Position numbers and translations under genes: made by a program. A DNA stretch of 51,197 nt, taken from Cryomorphaceae bacterium (lineage in GTDB: Bacteria; Bacteroidota; Bacteroidia; Flavobacteriales; BACL11). The stretch spans positions 1-51,197 of the forward strand of contig CATEYX010000022.1 in NCBI GenBank assembly GCA_949511925.1, in the 5' to 3' direction. Shown in pieces: positions 26,003 to 36,742 of this stretch; the stretch's first letter is position 1; the number at the start of each line of letters is the position of its first letter. The notes under the pieces were generated by a model. That model worked only from the letters and a program-made list of their open reading frames with translations. It was not told the origin of the DNA and did no database searches.

Positions 26003-28351
26003 ATGAAAAATACAATCTCAACAATCTTCTTTTTATTATTTACAATAATTAGTGTTGCACAAGATAAGTATACAATTAGCGGTTACGTACAGGATGAATC
26101 CTCAGGAGAAAACTTAATTGGTGTTTCTATTTATGATAAAGAAACTTTTAAAGGAACAGCTAGCAATCAATATGGATTTTACTCATTAACCATTGAGGAA
26201 GGAGATTATGCAATCATTTTTTCATTTATAGGATTTAAATCTACAACAAAAAATATAACATTAAATAAAGATATTAGATTAAATATCTCTTTAGACAGTG
26301 ATGCTGTAATAACAGAAGAAGTAATTGTAACCGGTGAAAGATTGGATAAAAATGTGAGTAGTTCTAATATGAGTCAAGCAAAAATAGAGGTTAATAATAT
26401 TAAACAGTTACCCGCGATACTAGGAGAAATTGATATTATGAAAGCAGCACAACTTTTACCGGGGATTCAATCAGGAGGAGAAGGAAATTCAGGTCTTTAT
26501 GTAAGAGGAGGTGGTCCTGATCAGAACTTAATATTATTGGATGAAGCAGTAGTGTATAATGCCGCTCATCTTTTTGGTTTTTTCTCAGTATTTAATGCTG
26601 ATGCTATAAAAGATATAAATATAATTAAAGGGGGTATGCCTGCGGAATATGGCGGTAGACTATCTTCTGTTCTGGATATTACCATGAAGGATGGTAACAA
26701 TAAAAAATATGAGGCGGCTGGAGGAATTGGCCTGTTATCCTCAAGATTAACAATTGAAGGTCCGGTTCAAAAGAACAAAAGTTCATTTATTGTTTCTGGT
26801 AGAAGAACTTATATTGATGTTCTATCAAAACCATTTTTAAACAGTGACAATGCTTTTAGTGGATCAGGTTATTATTTTTATGATTTAACCACCAAAGTAA
26901 ATTACAAAATATCAGACAACGACCGATTATATTTAAGTGGTTATTTTGGACGAGATGTTTTCAGCTTTAATAATACAGATAATGGCATTGGAATAGAAAT
27001 TCCTTGGGGTAACGCAACTAGTTCATTAAGGTGGAATCACTTATTTAATGATAAATTATTCATGAACACATCTCTTATTTTTTCAGATTACAGATTTGAA
27101 TTTAATATAGCCCAACAAGAATTTGAATTAAAGATATTCTCGGGAATTAATGATTGGAATACTAAGGTTGATCTTCTTTATCAGCCAAATCAAAGACACA
27201 CAATAAAATTTGGAGCAAATTACACTTATCATGAATTTACACCAGGAAATGCTTCTGGCAAAGCAGGAGAAGTAGTTTTTGAATCTGATGAGATATTTAA
27301 ACAATACTCTAATGAAGGAGCTTTATATGTATCTGATGATTTTGAAGTTACTGATGCTTTTAAAATACATGCTGGTCTGCGCTATTCATCATTTCAACAT
27401 AGCGGCTATATAAGCTTCCGTGATTACATTAAAAATGACTTTCAATCGAATGATGATAATTATAGACATATTGAGCCAAGGCTTTCATTTAGATACAGAT
27501 TATCTACTTCAAGCTCTATAAAAGGTGCCTATACTCAAAACTATCAATATGTTCATTTAGCTTCAACATCAAGCGTAAGTTTACCTACCGATCTTTGGGT
27601 ACCAAGTTCTTCAGAAATTAAGCCAAAATTTGCAGATCAATATGCTATAGGTTATTTCAAAAACCTAAATGATAATATGTATGAAACTTCTATTGAAGCT
27701 TATTACAAAGAAATGACAAATTTAATTGAATATAAAGAAGGAGTTTTACCTGAGGATAATACTAATTCTAGTAGTGATGGTTCTTTTGCATTTGGTGATG
27801 GTGATTCATATGGAATAGAAGTACTAATAAAAAAGAATAAAGGAAAAACAACAGGGTGGATTGGATACACACTATCAAAAACAACTAAATACTTTGATGA
27901 AGTAAATGCTGGAATTTCATTTCCAGCTAAATACGATAGAAGACATGACTTGTCTATTACAGCTACTCACAGATTATCAAAAAAATGGACACTAAGCAGT
28001 GTTTTTGTTTATGCTACAGGAAATGCTATAACACTACCAAGCGAAATTTATACTATAGGCGGAAAACCCTATACTGAGTTTACATCTAGAAATGGTTTTA
28101 GAATGGACCCATATCATAGGCTTGATATAGGAGCTACATACAATCCTAAGAAAAAGAAGAAATTTCAATCTTCATGGAATTTTTCAATATACAATGTCTA
28201 TAGCAGAAAGAACCCTTATTTTATTTATCTTGCCTTAGAAGCATCTGATGGACAAGAAGGAAGTTTTGAAGATGGCAGTGTAACACCTAAAGCCTATCAA
28301 GTATCAATATTCCCAATCTTACCTTCTGTTACTTGGAATTTTAATTTTTAA
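26003..28351 (+). CDS. TonB-dependent outer-membrane receptor with N-terminal CarboxypepD_reg-like domain
   Basis: 782 aa with a signal peptide. CarbopepD_reg domain (YTISGYVQDESSGENLIGVSIY). Plug domain (LLPGIQSGGEGNSGLYVRGGGPDQNLILLDEAVVYN). Beta-barrel ending WNFNF. Confidence 0.85.
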   Translation: MKNTISTIFFLLFTIISVAQDKYTISGYVQDESSGENLIGVSIYDKETFKGTASNQYGFYSLTIEEGDYAIIFSFIGFKSTTKNITLNKDIRLNISLDSDAVITEEVIVTGERLDKNVSSSNMSQAKIEVNNIKQLPAILGEIDIMKAAQLLPGIQSGGEGNSGLYVRGGGPDQNLILLDEAVVYNAAHLFGFFSVFNADAIKDINIIKGGMPAEYGGRLSSVLDITMKDGNNKKYEAAGGIGLLSSRLTIEGPVQKNKSSFIVSGRRTYIDVLSKPFLNSDNAFSGSGYYFYDLTTKVNYKISDNDRLYLSGYFGRDVFSFNNTDNGIGIEIPWGNATSSLRWNHLFNDKLFMNTSLIFSDYRFEFNIAQQEFELKIFSGINDWNTKVDLLYQPNQRHTIKFGANYTYHEFTPGNASGKAGEVVFESDEIFKQYSNEGALYVSDDFEVTDAFKIHAGLRYSSFQHSGYISFRDYIKNDFQSNDDNYRHIEPRLSFRYRLSTSSSIKGAYTQNYQYVHLASTSSVSLPTDLWVPSSSEIKPKFADQYAIGYFKNLNDNMYETSIEAYYKEMTNLIEYKEGVLPEDNTNSSSDGSFAFGDGDSYGIEVLIKKNKGKTTGWIGYTLSKTTKYFDEVNAGISFPAKYDRRHDLSITATHRLSKKWTLSSVFVYATGNAITLPSEIYTIGGKPYTEFTSRNGFRMDPYHRLDIGATYNPKKKKKFQSSWNFSIYNVYSRKNPYFIYLALEASDGQEGSFEDGSVTPKAYQVSIFPILPSVTWNFNF

Positions 28352-28353
28352 TT

Positions 28354-29358
28354 ATGAAAAAATATATTTATATTATAAGTCTTTTATTAATTTCTTGCCA
28401 AGAAGAAATAACACTTGATTTACCACAAATACAAGACAAAATTGTTGTAGAAGGTTCAATAGAAAACGGATTTCCTCCTTATGTTATTTTAACTAAGAAT
28501 CAAGGTTATTTTGATGAAATTGACAGCAATACTTACAATAATTTATTTATAACTGATGTAGATTCCGTAAAAATTTGGTATTATAATGAAGGAGAGAAAG
28601 TATCGAAAACACTTGAGCAAATTGTCGGGTTAGATTCACTACCTCCCATTTATACTGATTTGGATTACTTTAATAATACTGACAACTATGAATTTAGTAA
28701 AGAAGGAAGAACCTATTTTTTAGAAATAAATTGGAATAATCAAATTATTTCAAGTTCTACAACAATTCCTAAAGCTACTCCATTGGATTGTTTATGGGTT
28801 GAAAAAAGTGAGAATGAAGAAGAGGAATTCAAGTTTGATATAAGAGCTTTATATTCAGATCCAGCAGATCAAAATAATTACATCTTAGTTAAATCTAAAA
28901 GAATTCAGCATTATGAAAAAATAGATAGCATAGGCTGTCAAGTTAAAAATAACCCCGATTTTTCACTAAAAATTATAGATGCTGGAGCAGATGTTTTAAT
29001 TAATGGACAAACATTTGAGACCTATTTTCCTAGACCAAGAGATAATGGTTTTCCAACAGGTAAATATAATGGATATCATAAAGAAGAATGTCAAGGTGAT
29101 TCTATAGAGTTCTTAAAGGATGTAGTGTTAATTAAATATTGTCAAATTGATGAAGCATCATTAAAATTTTGGAGAGGACTAATAAGACAAGTTGGAACAA
29201 ATGGCAATCCATTTGCAGAGCCATTGAATCTTGTTAGCAATATAACTAATGGCCTTGGAATATTTTCCGGATACGGATCTGCATATTATATGGTACCAAT
29301 AGTAGAAGATACAGTAATTTTTGAACAACATACACCAGAAATAATAGATGTATTTTAA
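28354..29358 (+). CDS. DUF4249-family lipoprotein (usual partner of this TonB-receptor class)
   Basis: 334 aa. Lipoprotein signal MKKYIYIISLLLISC. The N-terminus LDLPQIQDKIVVEGSIENGFPPYVILTKN is typical of DUF4249. It starts 2 nt after the receptor stop codon. Confidence 0.65.
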   Translation: MKKYIYIISLLLISCQEEITLDLPQIQDKIVVEGSIENGFPPYVILTKNQGYFDEIDSNTYNNLFITDVDSVKIWYYNEGEKVSKTLEQIVGLDSLPPIYTDLDYFNNTDNYEFSKEGRTYFLEINWNNQIISSSTTIPKATPLDCLWVEKSENEEEEFKFDIRALYSDPADQNNYILVKSKRIQHYEKIDSIGCQVKNNPDFSLKIIDAGADVLINGQTFETYFPRPRDNGFPTGKYNGYHKEECQGDSIEFLKDVVLIKYCQIDEASLKFWRGLIRQVGTNGNPFAEPLNLVSNITNGLGIFSGYGSAYYMVPIVEDTVIFEQHTPEIIDVF

Positions 29359-29375
29359 TTTTAAAAACAAAAGAA

Positions 29376-30323
29376 ATGGAAAAAGAAATAGAAAAAGTAG
29401 AAACATTAATTATCGGATCAGGTCCTGCAGGATACTCTGCAGCAATTTATGCAGCACGTGCTGATATGAAGCCTGTTGTTATTCAAGGATTACAACCTGG
29501 AGGGCAATTAACTACTACTACTGATGTGGATAATTACCCAGGATATAAAGACGGAATTACAGGACCTGAAATGATGGAAGATTTCAAAGCACAAGCAGAG
29601 CGTTTTGGCACTGATACTAGATGGGGAATGGTAACAAAAGTTGACTTATCTGAGCGCCCATTTAAAGTTGAAGTGGATGAAAAAGATACAATCTTAGCTG
29701 AAACTGTAATTATAGCAACAGGTGCATCTGCCAAATGGTTAGGAATGGAGGATGAAGTAAGGTTAAATGGCTATGGTGTTTCAGCATGTGCCACTTGCGA
29801 TGGGTTCTTTTACAAAGGAAAAGAAGTTGTTGTCGTTGGTGCTGGTGATACTGCTGCTGAAGAAGCTACTTACCTAGCTAAAATGTGTACAAAAGTAACT
29901 GTACTTGTGCGTAGAGATGAAATGCGTGCTTCAAAAGCAATGCAACATAGGGTATTTAATACTCCTAATTTGGAGGTGCTTTTTAACCATGAAACAAAAA
30001 GCATTAATGGTACCCCAGGGCCTGTGGGAGTAGAAAGTGTTACGGCTATTAATAATATAACAAAGGAGGAGACAATTATTCCGGCCTCAGGATTTTTTGT
30101 TGCTATTGGGCACAAACCAAATAGTGATTTATTTAAAGGACAATTAGAAATGGATGATGCTGGTTATTTACTTGTTGAGGCTGGTACTTCAAAAACAAAA
30201 ATTCCTGGAGTATTTGCTGCAGGTGACATTGCTGACCATGTTTACCGTCAAGCCGTTACATCAGCAGGAACAGGCTGTATGGCTGCCTTAGATGCTGAAC
30301 GTTTTTTAGCAGATAACAAATAA
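29376..30323 (+). CDS. trxB: Thioredoxin-disulfide reductase
   Basis: 315 aa. FAD motif IIGSGPAGYSAAIYAAR, redox-active CATCDG, NADPH motif VVVGAGDTAAEEA, and GVFAAGD. Confidence 0.93.
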   Translation: MEKEIEKVETLIIGSGPAGYSAAIYAARADMKPVVIQGLQPGGQLTTTTDVDNYPGYKDGITGPEMMEDFKAQAERFGTDTRWGMVTKVDLSERPFKVEVDEKDTILAETVIIATGASAKWLGMEDEVRLNGYGVSACATCDGFFYKGKEVVVVGAGDTAAEEATYLAKMCTKVTVLVRRDEMRASKAMQHRVFNTPNLEVLFNHETKSINGTPGPVGVESVTAINNITKEETIIPASGFFVAIGHKPNSDLFKGQLEMDDAGYLLVEAGTSKTKIPGVFAAGDIADHVYRQAVTSAGTGCMAALDAERFLADNK

Positions 30324-30347
30324 ATAGATTCATACTTAAAGATAAAG

Positions 30348-30373
30348 GCCTCTACTCTGTAGGGGCTTTTTTT
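30348..30373 (+). terminator. Rho-independent terminator after trxB
   Basis: Stem gcctcta / taggggc (7 bp, one G-U pair), loop ctctg, then a T7 run. Confidence 0.65.
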
Positions 30374-30386
30374 ATTATATATTTCG

Positions 30387-30394
30387 TACTTTTG
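30387..30394 (+). promoter_or_regulatory. -7 promoter box TACTTTTG
   Basis: Exact TAnnTTTG match only 5 nt upstream of the recQ ATG (30400). This implies a leaderless or near-leaderless mRNA. Confidence 0.3.
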
Positions 30395-30399
30395 ATTTA

Positions 30400-32307
30400 A
30401 TGGATGCTATTGATGTATTAATAAAATATTGGGGACACACTCAATTTCGCTTAAAACAACAAGAGATTATAAAGCAAGTAATTGACAAGAAAGACACTCT
30501 TGCTTTATTACCTACTGGAGGTGGAAAATCAATTTGCTACCAAGTGCCTGCACTCATGCAAGAAGGAATTTGCCTTGTCATCTCACCTCTTATTGCGCTT
30601 ATGGACGACCAAGTTCGTTTTTTAAAATCCAAAGGAATAAAGTCAATTGCAATAACTTCAGGTATGCATTATAATGAAATTGATACTGCCCTAACTAATT
30701 GTATTTATGGAGGTGTGAAATTCTTATATTTATCTCCTGAAAGATTACAAAACGAATTGGTAAAAACAAGAATTAAGGAAATGAATATTAACCTTATTAC
30801 TGTTGATGAAGCGCATTGTATTTCGGAATGGGGACATAACTTTCGCCCAGCATACAGGCATATTTCTGAGATAAGAAAAATAATTCCTGACACCCCTATT
30901 TTAGCACTTTCAGCAACAGCAACCACTGGCGTAATTGATGATATTCAAAAAAACCTTGATTTTAAAAAATATAACCTTATTCAATCGTCATTTGTAAGAG
31001 AAAACCTCTCTTATGTTGTTGACAATGTAGAGGATAAAAAATCACGATTATTAAAATTAGTTGACAAAATAAAAAGTTCAGTAATTGTTTATGTTGGAAG
31101 TCGAAAAGCAGCAAAAGAAATTACAAATTTCTTGTTAGATAATAAATATTCTGCTAATTATTATCATGGTGGCTTAGCAGCAAAAGTACGTGCAGAAAGA
31201 CAAGAAAGTTGGACACAAAACCAAACTAGGATTATGGTCGCTACTAATGCTTTTGGAATGGGAATAGACAAGGCTGATGTTAAATTAGTAGTTCACCTAG
31301 AACTACCCTCAACAATTGAAGCCTATTTCCAAGAGGCAGGTCGTGCAGGTCGAGATGGAAATCAAGCATATGCATTTCTACTTGCCAATAAAGGGGATGT
31401 AAAAAAGCAACAGGATTTATTAACCCTAAGGTATCCATCAATTACTGAAATAAAGACCGTTTATCAGAATTTAGCTAATTACTTTCAACTTGCAGAAAAT
31501 GATTTACCTGAACAGGCAATTTCCTTTGATATGGTAAATTTTACTGAGCGCTATAAAATAAGTAGCCCTAAGGTGTATAACATGCTTAAATACCTTGAGA
31601 AAGAAGAGCATATTAAACTTTCAGAAGCAATACATAGTCTTTCAAAGTTAACGATTAAAGTGAGTAATGCTGAATTATATAAATTCCAAATTGCTAATAA
31701 ATATTATGATAATTTCTTGAAACTACTTCTACGTTCCTATACTGATCTGTTTTATAATTATGTGATAATTAACGAACAAGAAATTGCAAACAGATTTAAT
31801 GTTACTACTGAAGAAGTTGTTCGTTTACTTAATAAATTAGTGCAATTAGAAATTGTTAAATATGCTCCTAAAAATAACAATTCTCAAATTACTTATCTAA
31901 AAGCCAGAAAGGATACTGAAAAACTTTATTTGGCTGAAAAAAAATGGGAGGAAAGGAAAGAGTACGAACAAGAAAAACTTGATAAAATCACAAACTATGT
32001 AAGTGATAGAGGTTCTTGCAGAAGCAAATTACTACTGCATTATTTTGGAGAACAAGAAAGTGAACAGTGTGGTAAATGTGATTTCTGTATTAATGAAAAA
32101 CGACAAAAAATAAAAGAATCTGAATATAAAGAAATCACTAATAAGCTAGAGACTATTTTAATAGATAAAGAATTAACCATTGAGGAAATTTATGTGTTAA
32201 TGCCAAATTTTCATGAGCAGCAACTTATATCAATAATTCAATACTTGTTTGATAACGATAGAGTTGGTAAATTTGGAAACAAATACCAATGGAAAAGCAA
32301 TAAGTAA
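30400..32307 (+). CDS. recQ: RecQ-family ATP-dependent DNA helicase
   Basis: 635 aa. Motif I LPTGGGKS, DEAH box TVDEAHCISEWGHNFRP, motif VI QEAGRAGRDG, and a Zn-binding Cys cluster CRSKLLLHYFGE...CGKCDFC. Confidence 0.9.
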   Translation: MDAIDVLIKYWGHTQFRLKQQEIIKQVIDKKDTLALLPTGGGKSICYQVPALMQEGICLVISPLIALMDDQVRFLKSKGIKSIAITSGMHYNEIDTALTNCIYGGVKFLYLSPERLQNELVKTRIKEMNINLITVDEAHCISEWGHNFRPAYRHISEIRKIIPDTPILALSATATTGVIDDIQKNLDFKKYNLIQSSFVRENLSYVVDNVEDKKSRLLKLVDKIKSSVIVYVGSRKAAKEITNFLLDNKYSANYYHGGLAAKVRAERQESWTQNQTRIMVATNAFGMGIDKADVKLVVHLELPSTIEAYFQEAGRAGRDGNQAYAFLLANKGDVKKQQDLLTLRYPSITEIKTVYQNLANYFQLAENDLPEQAISFDMVNFTERYKISSPKVYNMLKYLEKEEHIKLSEAIHSLSKLTIKVSNAELYKFQIANKYYDNFLKLLLRSYTDLFYNYVIINEQEIANRFNVTTEEVVRLLNKLVQLEIVKYAPKNNNSQITYLKARKDTEKLYLAEKKWEERKEYEQEKLDKITNYVSDRGSCRSKLLLHYFGEQESEQCGKCDFCINEKRQKIKESEYKEITNKLETILIDKELTIEEIYVLMPNFHEQQLISIIQYLFDNDRVGKFGNKYQWKSNK

Positions 32308-32318
32308 ATGGGAAAATG

Positions 32319-32326
32319 TAGTTTTG
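32319..32326 (+). promoter_or_regulatory. -7 promoter box TAGTTTTG
   Basis: Exact TAnnTTTG match 4 nt upstream of the fmt ATG (32331). Confidence 0.3.
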
Positions 32327-32330
32327 TATT

Positions 32331-33311
32331 ATGAAGATAGTATTTTTTGGAACCCCCCATTTTGCAGCCACTAACTTAAACGCATTAATTAATGCTGGAT
32401 ATGATATTTTAGGAATTGTATGTCCACCTGACAGCAAAAAAGGAAGAGGAAAACAATTAAAGCCCTGCGCAGTAAAGGAAGTTGGTATTGCAAATAATAT
32501 TCCAGTATTACAACCTTTAAAGCTTAGAGATGATGATTTTATTCATCAGTTAAAGTCATTAAATGCTGATCTATTTGTTGTTGTTGCTTTTAGAATGTTA
32601 CCTCAATCAGTTTGGAGTTTACCAAGTAAAGGAACGATAAACTTACATACCTCACTCCTACCAAATTACAGAGGCGCTGCCCCAATTAATTGGGTATTGA
32701 TTAATGGAGAAAAAGAAACAGGAATTACTACTTTCTTTATTGATCAGCAAATTGATTCAGGAGCAATTATTAAGCAGAAAAAAATTGAATTAACTGATAA
32801 AACTACTGCTGCTGAATTACACAATACTTTAATGAATAAAGGAAGTGAGTTACTAATTGATACGCTTAATTCAATTAAGATTGATACTGTAAGTCATCAA
32901 GAGCAAGACCATAATTTAGCAATGTCAGAAGCCCCAAAACTAACTAAAGAGCTATTAAAGATTGATTGGAATAAATCAGCTAATGAAATACATAATTTAG
33001 TAAGAGGACTTTCTCCATTTTTGGATAATAATACAAAGCTAAAGGATGTTGCTATCTGCCCATCTGCTTGGTTTACATTACAAGATGATAATGGAATACA
33101 AAAAAGAATAAAATTACATTTATCAGATGTCGTTAGTAGTAATTCTGATAAGCTACATAGTATAAAAACAGATAATAAAACCTACTTGCATATCATTACA
33201 AACAAGAATGCTATTGCAATTCTTAATTTGCAAGCTGAAGGGAAAAATCCTATGACTATTCAGCAGTTTTTACAAGGGAATAAAATCAATGAAAACTTCC
33301 TTATTTCATGA
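32331..33311 (+). CDS. fmt: Methionyl-tRNA formyltransferase
   Basis: 326 aa. Motifs MKIVFFGTPHFA, LHTSLLPNYRGAAPINW and TGITTF. Confidence 0.9.
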   Translation: MKIVFFGTPHFAATNLNALINAGYDILGIVCPPDSKKGRGKQLKPCAVKEVGIANNIPVLQPLKLRDDDFIHQLKSLNADLFVVVAFRMLPQSVWSLPSKGTINLHTSLLPNYRGAAPINWVLINGEKETGITTFFIDQQIDSGAIIKQKKIELTDKTTAAELHNTLMNKGSELLIDTLNSIKIDTVSHQEQDHNLAMSEAPKLTKELLKIDWNKSANEIHNLVRGLSPFLDNNTKLKDVAICPSAWFTLQDDNGIQKRIKLHLSDVVSSNSDKLHSIKTDNKTYLHIITNKNAIAILNLQAEGKNPMTIQQFLQGNKINENFLIS

Positions 33312-33994
33312 GTAATTTAAAACATGATTTAGTTCAATACTTAAAAGAATTTGTGGTAGACGAAAGGCGTGAGCTTTTTGAAGAAAAAATTCAACAAAGA
33401 ACTAAACACATTACTGTTGTACTCGAAAATATTTTTCAAGGAAGAAATATCTCTGCCTCTATCCGTTCAGCTGATTGCTTTGGTGTGCAAGATGTACATG
33501 TAATTGAAAATGATAATATCTTTAATGATGATTCAGAAGTATCAATGGGTGCTGATAAATGGGTAAGTACAACAAGATATAATCAAGAAGAGCACAATAC
33601 CGCAAAAGCAATTAAGAAATTAAAAGCTGGTGGCTATCAAGTTATTGCCACTACCCCACACAATACTGATTGTGATTTGTATGACATTGAAATTAGTGAT
33701 CAAAAAATTGCTTTAATTTTTGGAGCTGAAGTTAGAGGTTGTAGTGAACAAAGCTTAAAACTTGCTGACAGGCGAATGAAAATTCCCATGTATGGCTTTA
33801 CGGAAAGTTTTAACATATCTGTATCTGTTTCTCTATGCTTACAACACCTTACTTACAAGATGAGAAAATCAGCAGTTAACTGGAGAATGACCCAAGAAGA
33901 GCAAGATAAAACCCTCCTACAATGGCTAAGGAAAAGCATTAAATCATCAGCCCAAATTGAAGAGAAATATTTGAAATTACAATCAGAAAAATAA
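33308..33994 (+). CDS. trmH: SpoU/TrmH-family RNA 2'-O-methyltransferase
   Basis: 228 aa. SpoU motifs NISASIRSADCFGV, LIFGAEVRG and ESFNISVSVSLCL. 4-nt overlap with fmt. Confidence 0.7.
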   Translation: MSNLKHDLVQYLKEFVVDERRELFEEKIQQRTKHITVVLENIFQGRNISASIRSADCFGVQDVHVIENDNIFNDDSEVSMGADKWVSTTRYNQEEHNTAKAIKKLKAGGYQVIATTPHNTDCDLYDIEISDQKIALIFGAEVRGCSEQSLKLADRRMKIPMYGFTESFNISVSVSLCLQHLTYKMRKSAVNWRMTQEEQDKTLLQWLRKSIKSSAQIEEKYLKLQSEK

Positions 33995-34117
33995 ATATCC
34001 TGAGTTAAAGACTAAGATATATATAACAAAAGTTAAACTAATAATTTGATTTTAAACTACTTACTAGAATTTTACATTTCATGAAGAGGTATGATATGTT
34101 AATCTAATATATTTACC

Positions 34118-35572
34118 CTAACTACGAAAATCAAAATAAATATGTTTTATTTCTTTAAAAAAGATTAAAGCATAAAAGCAATATAATAATATCGGGAATA
34201 GAAAGTAGTGAAACATTTTAAAATCTAATTCATGAGTCATTCCTAAATACAAAAATGGTGCACTAACTAAAACAAGCAAGTAAAGAGGCATACTAAAAGG
34301 ATGTATATTCAGCTTAATATTTATTATTATGATTCTATAGATTTCAGTAAGTAAACTAAAAATAACAAATAACAATACAACAGCTAATAATTTATACTCT
34401 GTTATAAATAGAATTGCTAATACATTAATAAAGAGAACCTTAAAGAATTGTAGTTTTAGTTCGTATTTCTCTAAATTTGCCATTGTTAAAATATTTCCAG
34501 CCCCACCAACTAATAACCTAAATATCCTTCCAAACATAATAATATATAAATAAGGAGCATATTTAACTAAACCACCAGTATCATCATATAAGTAGAGTAT
34601 ATCTTTAGAAAAAATTATAATACTAATAATAAAAGGTGCGGCTAGTAAATTTATAATAAATGTAGTCTTTTTAAATAGAATCTCCAATTCACTAATCCTA
34701 TTCTCACTAAATAACTTGCTTATTGCAGGAGCAAATATTGTATTTAAATTATTTATTAAAAATAAGGTTACTCCAGATATCGATAATAATATACTATATA
34801 CACCAATATAAATCGTAGGTAACATAAAACTAAGTATTAAAGATAATGATTGCCCAGCAAAAAAAGTAACTAATGAAATTGTATACATTTTCTTTGCATA
34901 GCTTGTTATCTCAGAATCTATCTTAAAATCTATATCCTTCTCTACAAAAACAATTGAAAATACATTCTTATTAAAGAAATAAAACAATAATGATAATGAA
35001 ACAAATGATGTAAACATTTCAATACCAATAAAATACAGAACATTATCAGTGTATATGAAAATAAAATAGGTGAGCACTGCTCGTAAGGGAACAATAATAA
35101 AAGTACCATACAACATTATTTCTTTAATCTTAAACGCAGATCGATATAAAGAAATAATAATTCCCATCAAAATTGAGATAGGAACGTTAATTGATGTTAC
35201 TAATAAAAATAAAGAGAAGTTATTAATTTCTTTATATAAATAAACATCTAATACTGGAGCTAAAAAATAGATGATTACAAGAAACACAAAAGATATTACC
35301 AAAGAGTAATTAATAATCTTTCTTATAAGTTGTTTTGCAGACTTAAGATCAGCATCAATATACTGTGGAATATACTTGACAATAACCCATGGGATACCAA
35401 AAGAGATAATAGTACTCATAGCACCAGAGAATGTGAGAGCAGAAACATATTTTCCCCATTGTTCAATTCCAATAATATCAATAAGATATATCTTAATAAA
35501 AAAGCCTATAACAAAACCAAAAATAGAGCCTGCAATCCCCCAATTTGCTTGTTTAATTATTAAATTTATCAT
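34118..35572 (-). CDS. wzx: Wzx-type oligosaccharide flippase (MOP superfamily)
   Basis: 484 aa with about 12-14 TM helices. It is the last gene of the polysaccharide operon. Confidence 0.7.
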   Translation of the reverse strand: MINLIIKQANWGIAGSIFGFVIGFFIKIYLIDIIGIEQWGKYVSALTFSGAMSTIISFGIPWVIVKYIPQYIDADLKSAKQLIRKIINYSLVISFVFLVIIYFLAPVLDVYLYKEINNFSLFLLVTSINVPISILMGIIISLYRSAFKIKEIMLYGTFIIVPLRAVLTYFIFIYTDNVLYFIGIEMFTSFVSLSLLFYFFNKNVFSIVFVEKDIDFKIDSEITSYAKKMYTISLVTFFAGQSLSLILSFMLPTIYIGVYSILLSISGVTLFLINNLNTIFAPAISKLFSENRISELEILFKKTTFIINLLAAPFIISIIIFSKDILYLYDDTGGLVKYAPYLYIIMFGRIFRLLVGGAGNILTMANLEKYELKLQFFKVLFINVLAILFITEYKLLAVVLLFVIFSLLTEIYRIIIINIKLNIHPFSMPLYLLVLVSAPFLYLGMTHELDFKMFHYFLFPILLYCFYALIFFKEIKHIYFDFRS

Positions 35573-35599
35573 ATATGACTATTTATTATATTGGATGAA

Positions 35600-36742
35600 T
35601 CAGTTAATATCAGTAAAAAACGAATAATTCATAAATTCTTTAATTGTATTCTTAATATCATACTTCTCATCAAAAGGAAAGCTTCTTTTCTTCTTATATT
35701 CACCAAGTATTTTCTCTTTTAATGAACTTGGTGACTTTTCATCAGCTAACAAATTATTAATTTCATAATCAGGAATAAGTTCTGATATTCCTTGACATTT
35801 AATTGCAATAAAGGGAGTATTGGTAGACCAGGACTCTAAGTAAACGCAACCTAAAGCTTCATAATAAGAAGGCAATACAAATAAATCAATCTCATTATAA
35901 AAGCTATTAATCAAATTATGTGCTCTCTCTTTTTCAAAAATTACGAATTCTGATAAATTATGATCTTTCACAAATTTCTTACACAAGTCTAATTTTTTTC
36001 CTGTACCAATCAATTTTAGCTGAATATCATTTATCCCATCTAAAATTAATAATTCAATTGCTTTTATTAGAGTTATTTGATCTTTTATTTCCCAAAAGTT
36101 TGCAACACTTCCAATAGTAAAAGATCTATTTACATCACCTTTAATAGGATAAAATTTTGATGTATCCACTCCATTATACAAAACAAGTTCATCTTTTGGA
36201 GAATAAGATGGGTATTCTCTCAGTTGACTTAAAACTAGTTCTGACACTCCAATATTCAAATCTGAATGATTTAGTTGTCTGATTGTATTTCTAATTAAAT
36301 AATTCTTTTGTAATTTCATAATAAAATTACTCCTTCCATTTAATAATTGAAGTACATCAAGTCCATGATGTTGCACTATTTTTTTACAATCTAAAATATT
36401 TTGCAAGTATGATGCCGGATAAGAAACATGTGCATGAGAAATTATAATATCATTTATCTTTTTATTTTTTAAGAAGGATTTAAACCTATTTGTATTTAAT
36501 TCGTTAAAAATTCCTGGAGAAATAAACCACGGTAAATCCATTACTCTAAATATCATAATTTCAAAACCTTCAAATTTATAATCCTTTTCAACTGAAAAAG
36601 CAGAAACTAATTTAATGACTTTAATATTGAAATCACTTTGATTTCTAATTTCATTTATTTGATCAAAAATATAACTACCAACAAAAGAATTTTTAGAAGG
36701 AAAAAATGGAGTAATTACTAAGTATGTTTTTTTATTGTCCAT
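35600..36742 (-). CDS. Family 4 (GT-B) glycosyltransferase
   Basis: 380 aa. E-x7-E region LPSYYEALGCVYLESWS. Confidence 0.75.
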   Translation of the reverse strand: MDNKKTYLVITPFFPSKNSFVGSYIFDQINEIRNQSDFNIKVIKLVSAFSVEKDYKFEGFEIMIFRVMDLPWFISPGIFNELNTNRFKSFLKNKKINDIIISHAHVSYPASYLQNILDCKKIVQHHGLDVLQLLNGRSNFIMKLQKNYLIRNTIRQLNHSDLNIGVSELVLSQLREYPSYSPKDELVLYNGVDTSKFYPIKGDVNRSFTIGSVANFWEIKDQITLIKAIELLILDGINDIQLKLIGTGKKLDLCKKFVKDHNLSEFVIFEKERAHNLINSFYNEIDLFVLPSYYEALGCVYLESWSTNTPFIAIKCQGISELIPDYEINNLLADEKSPSSLKEKILGEYKKKRSFPFDEKYDIKNTIKEFMNYSFFTDIN

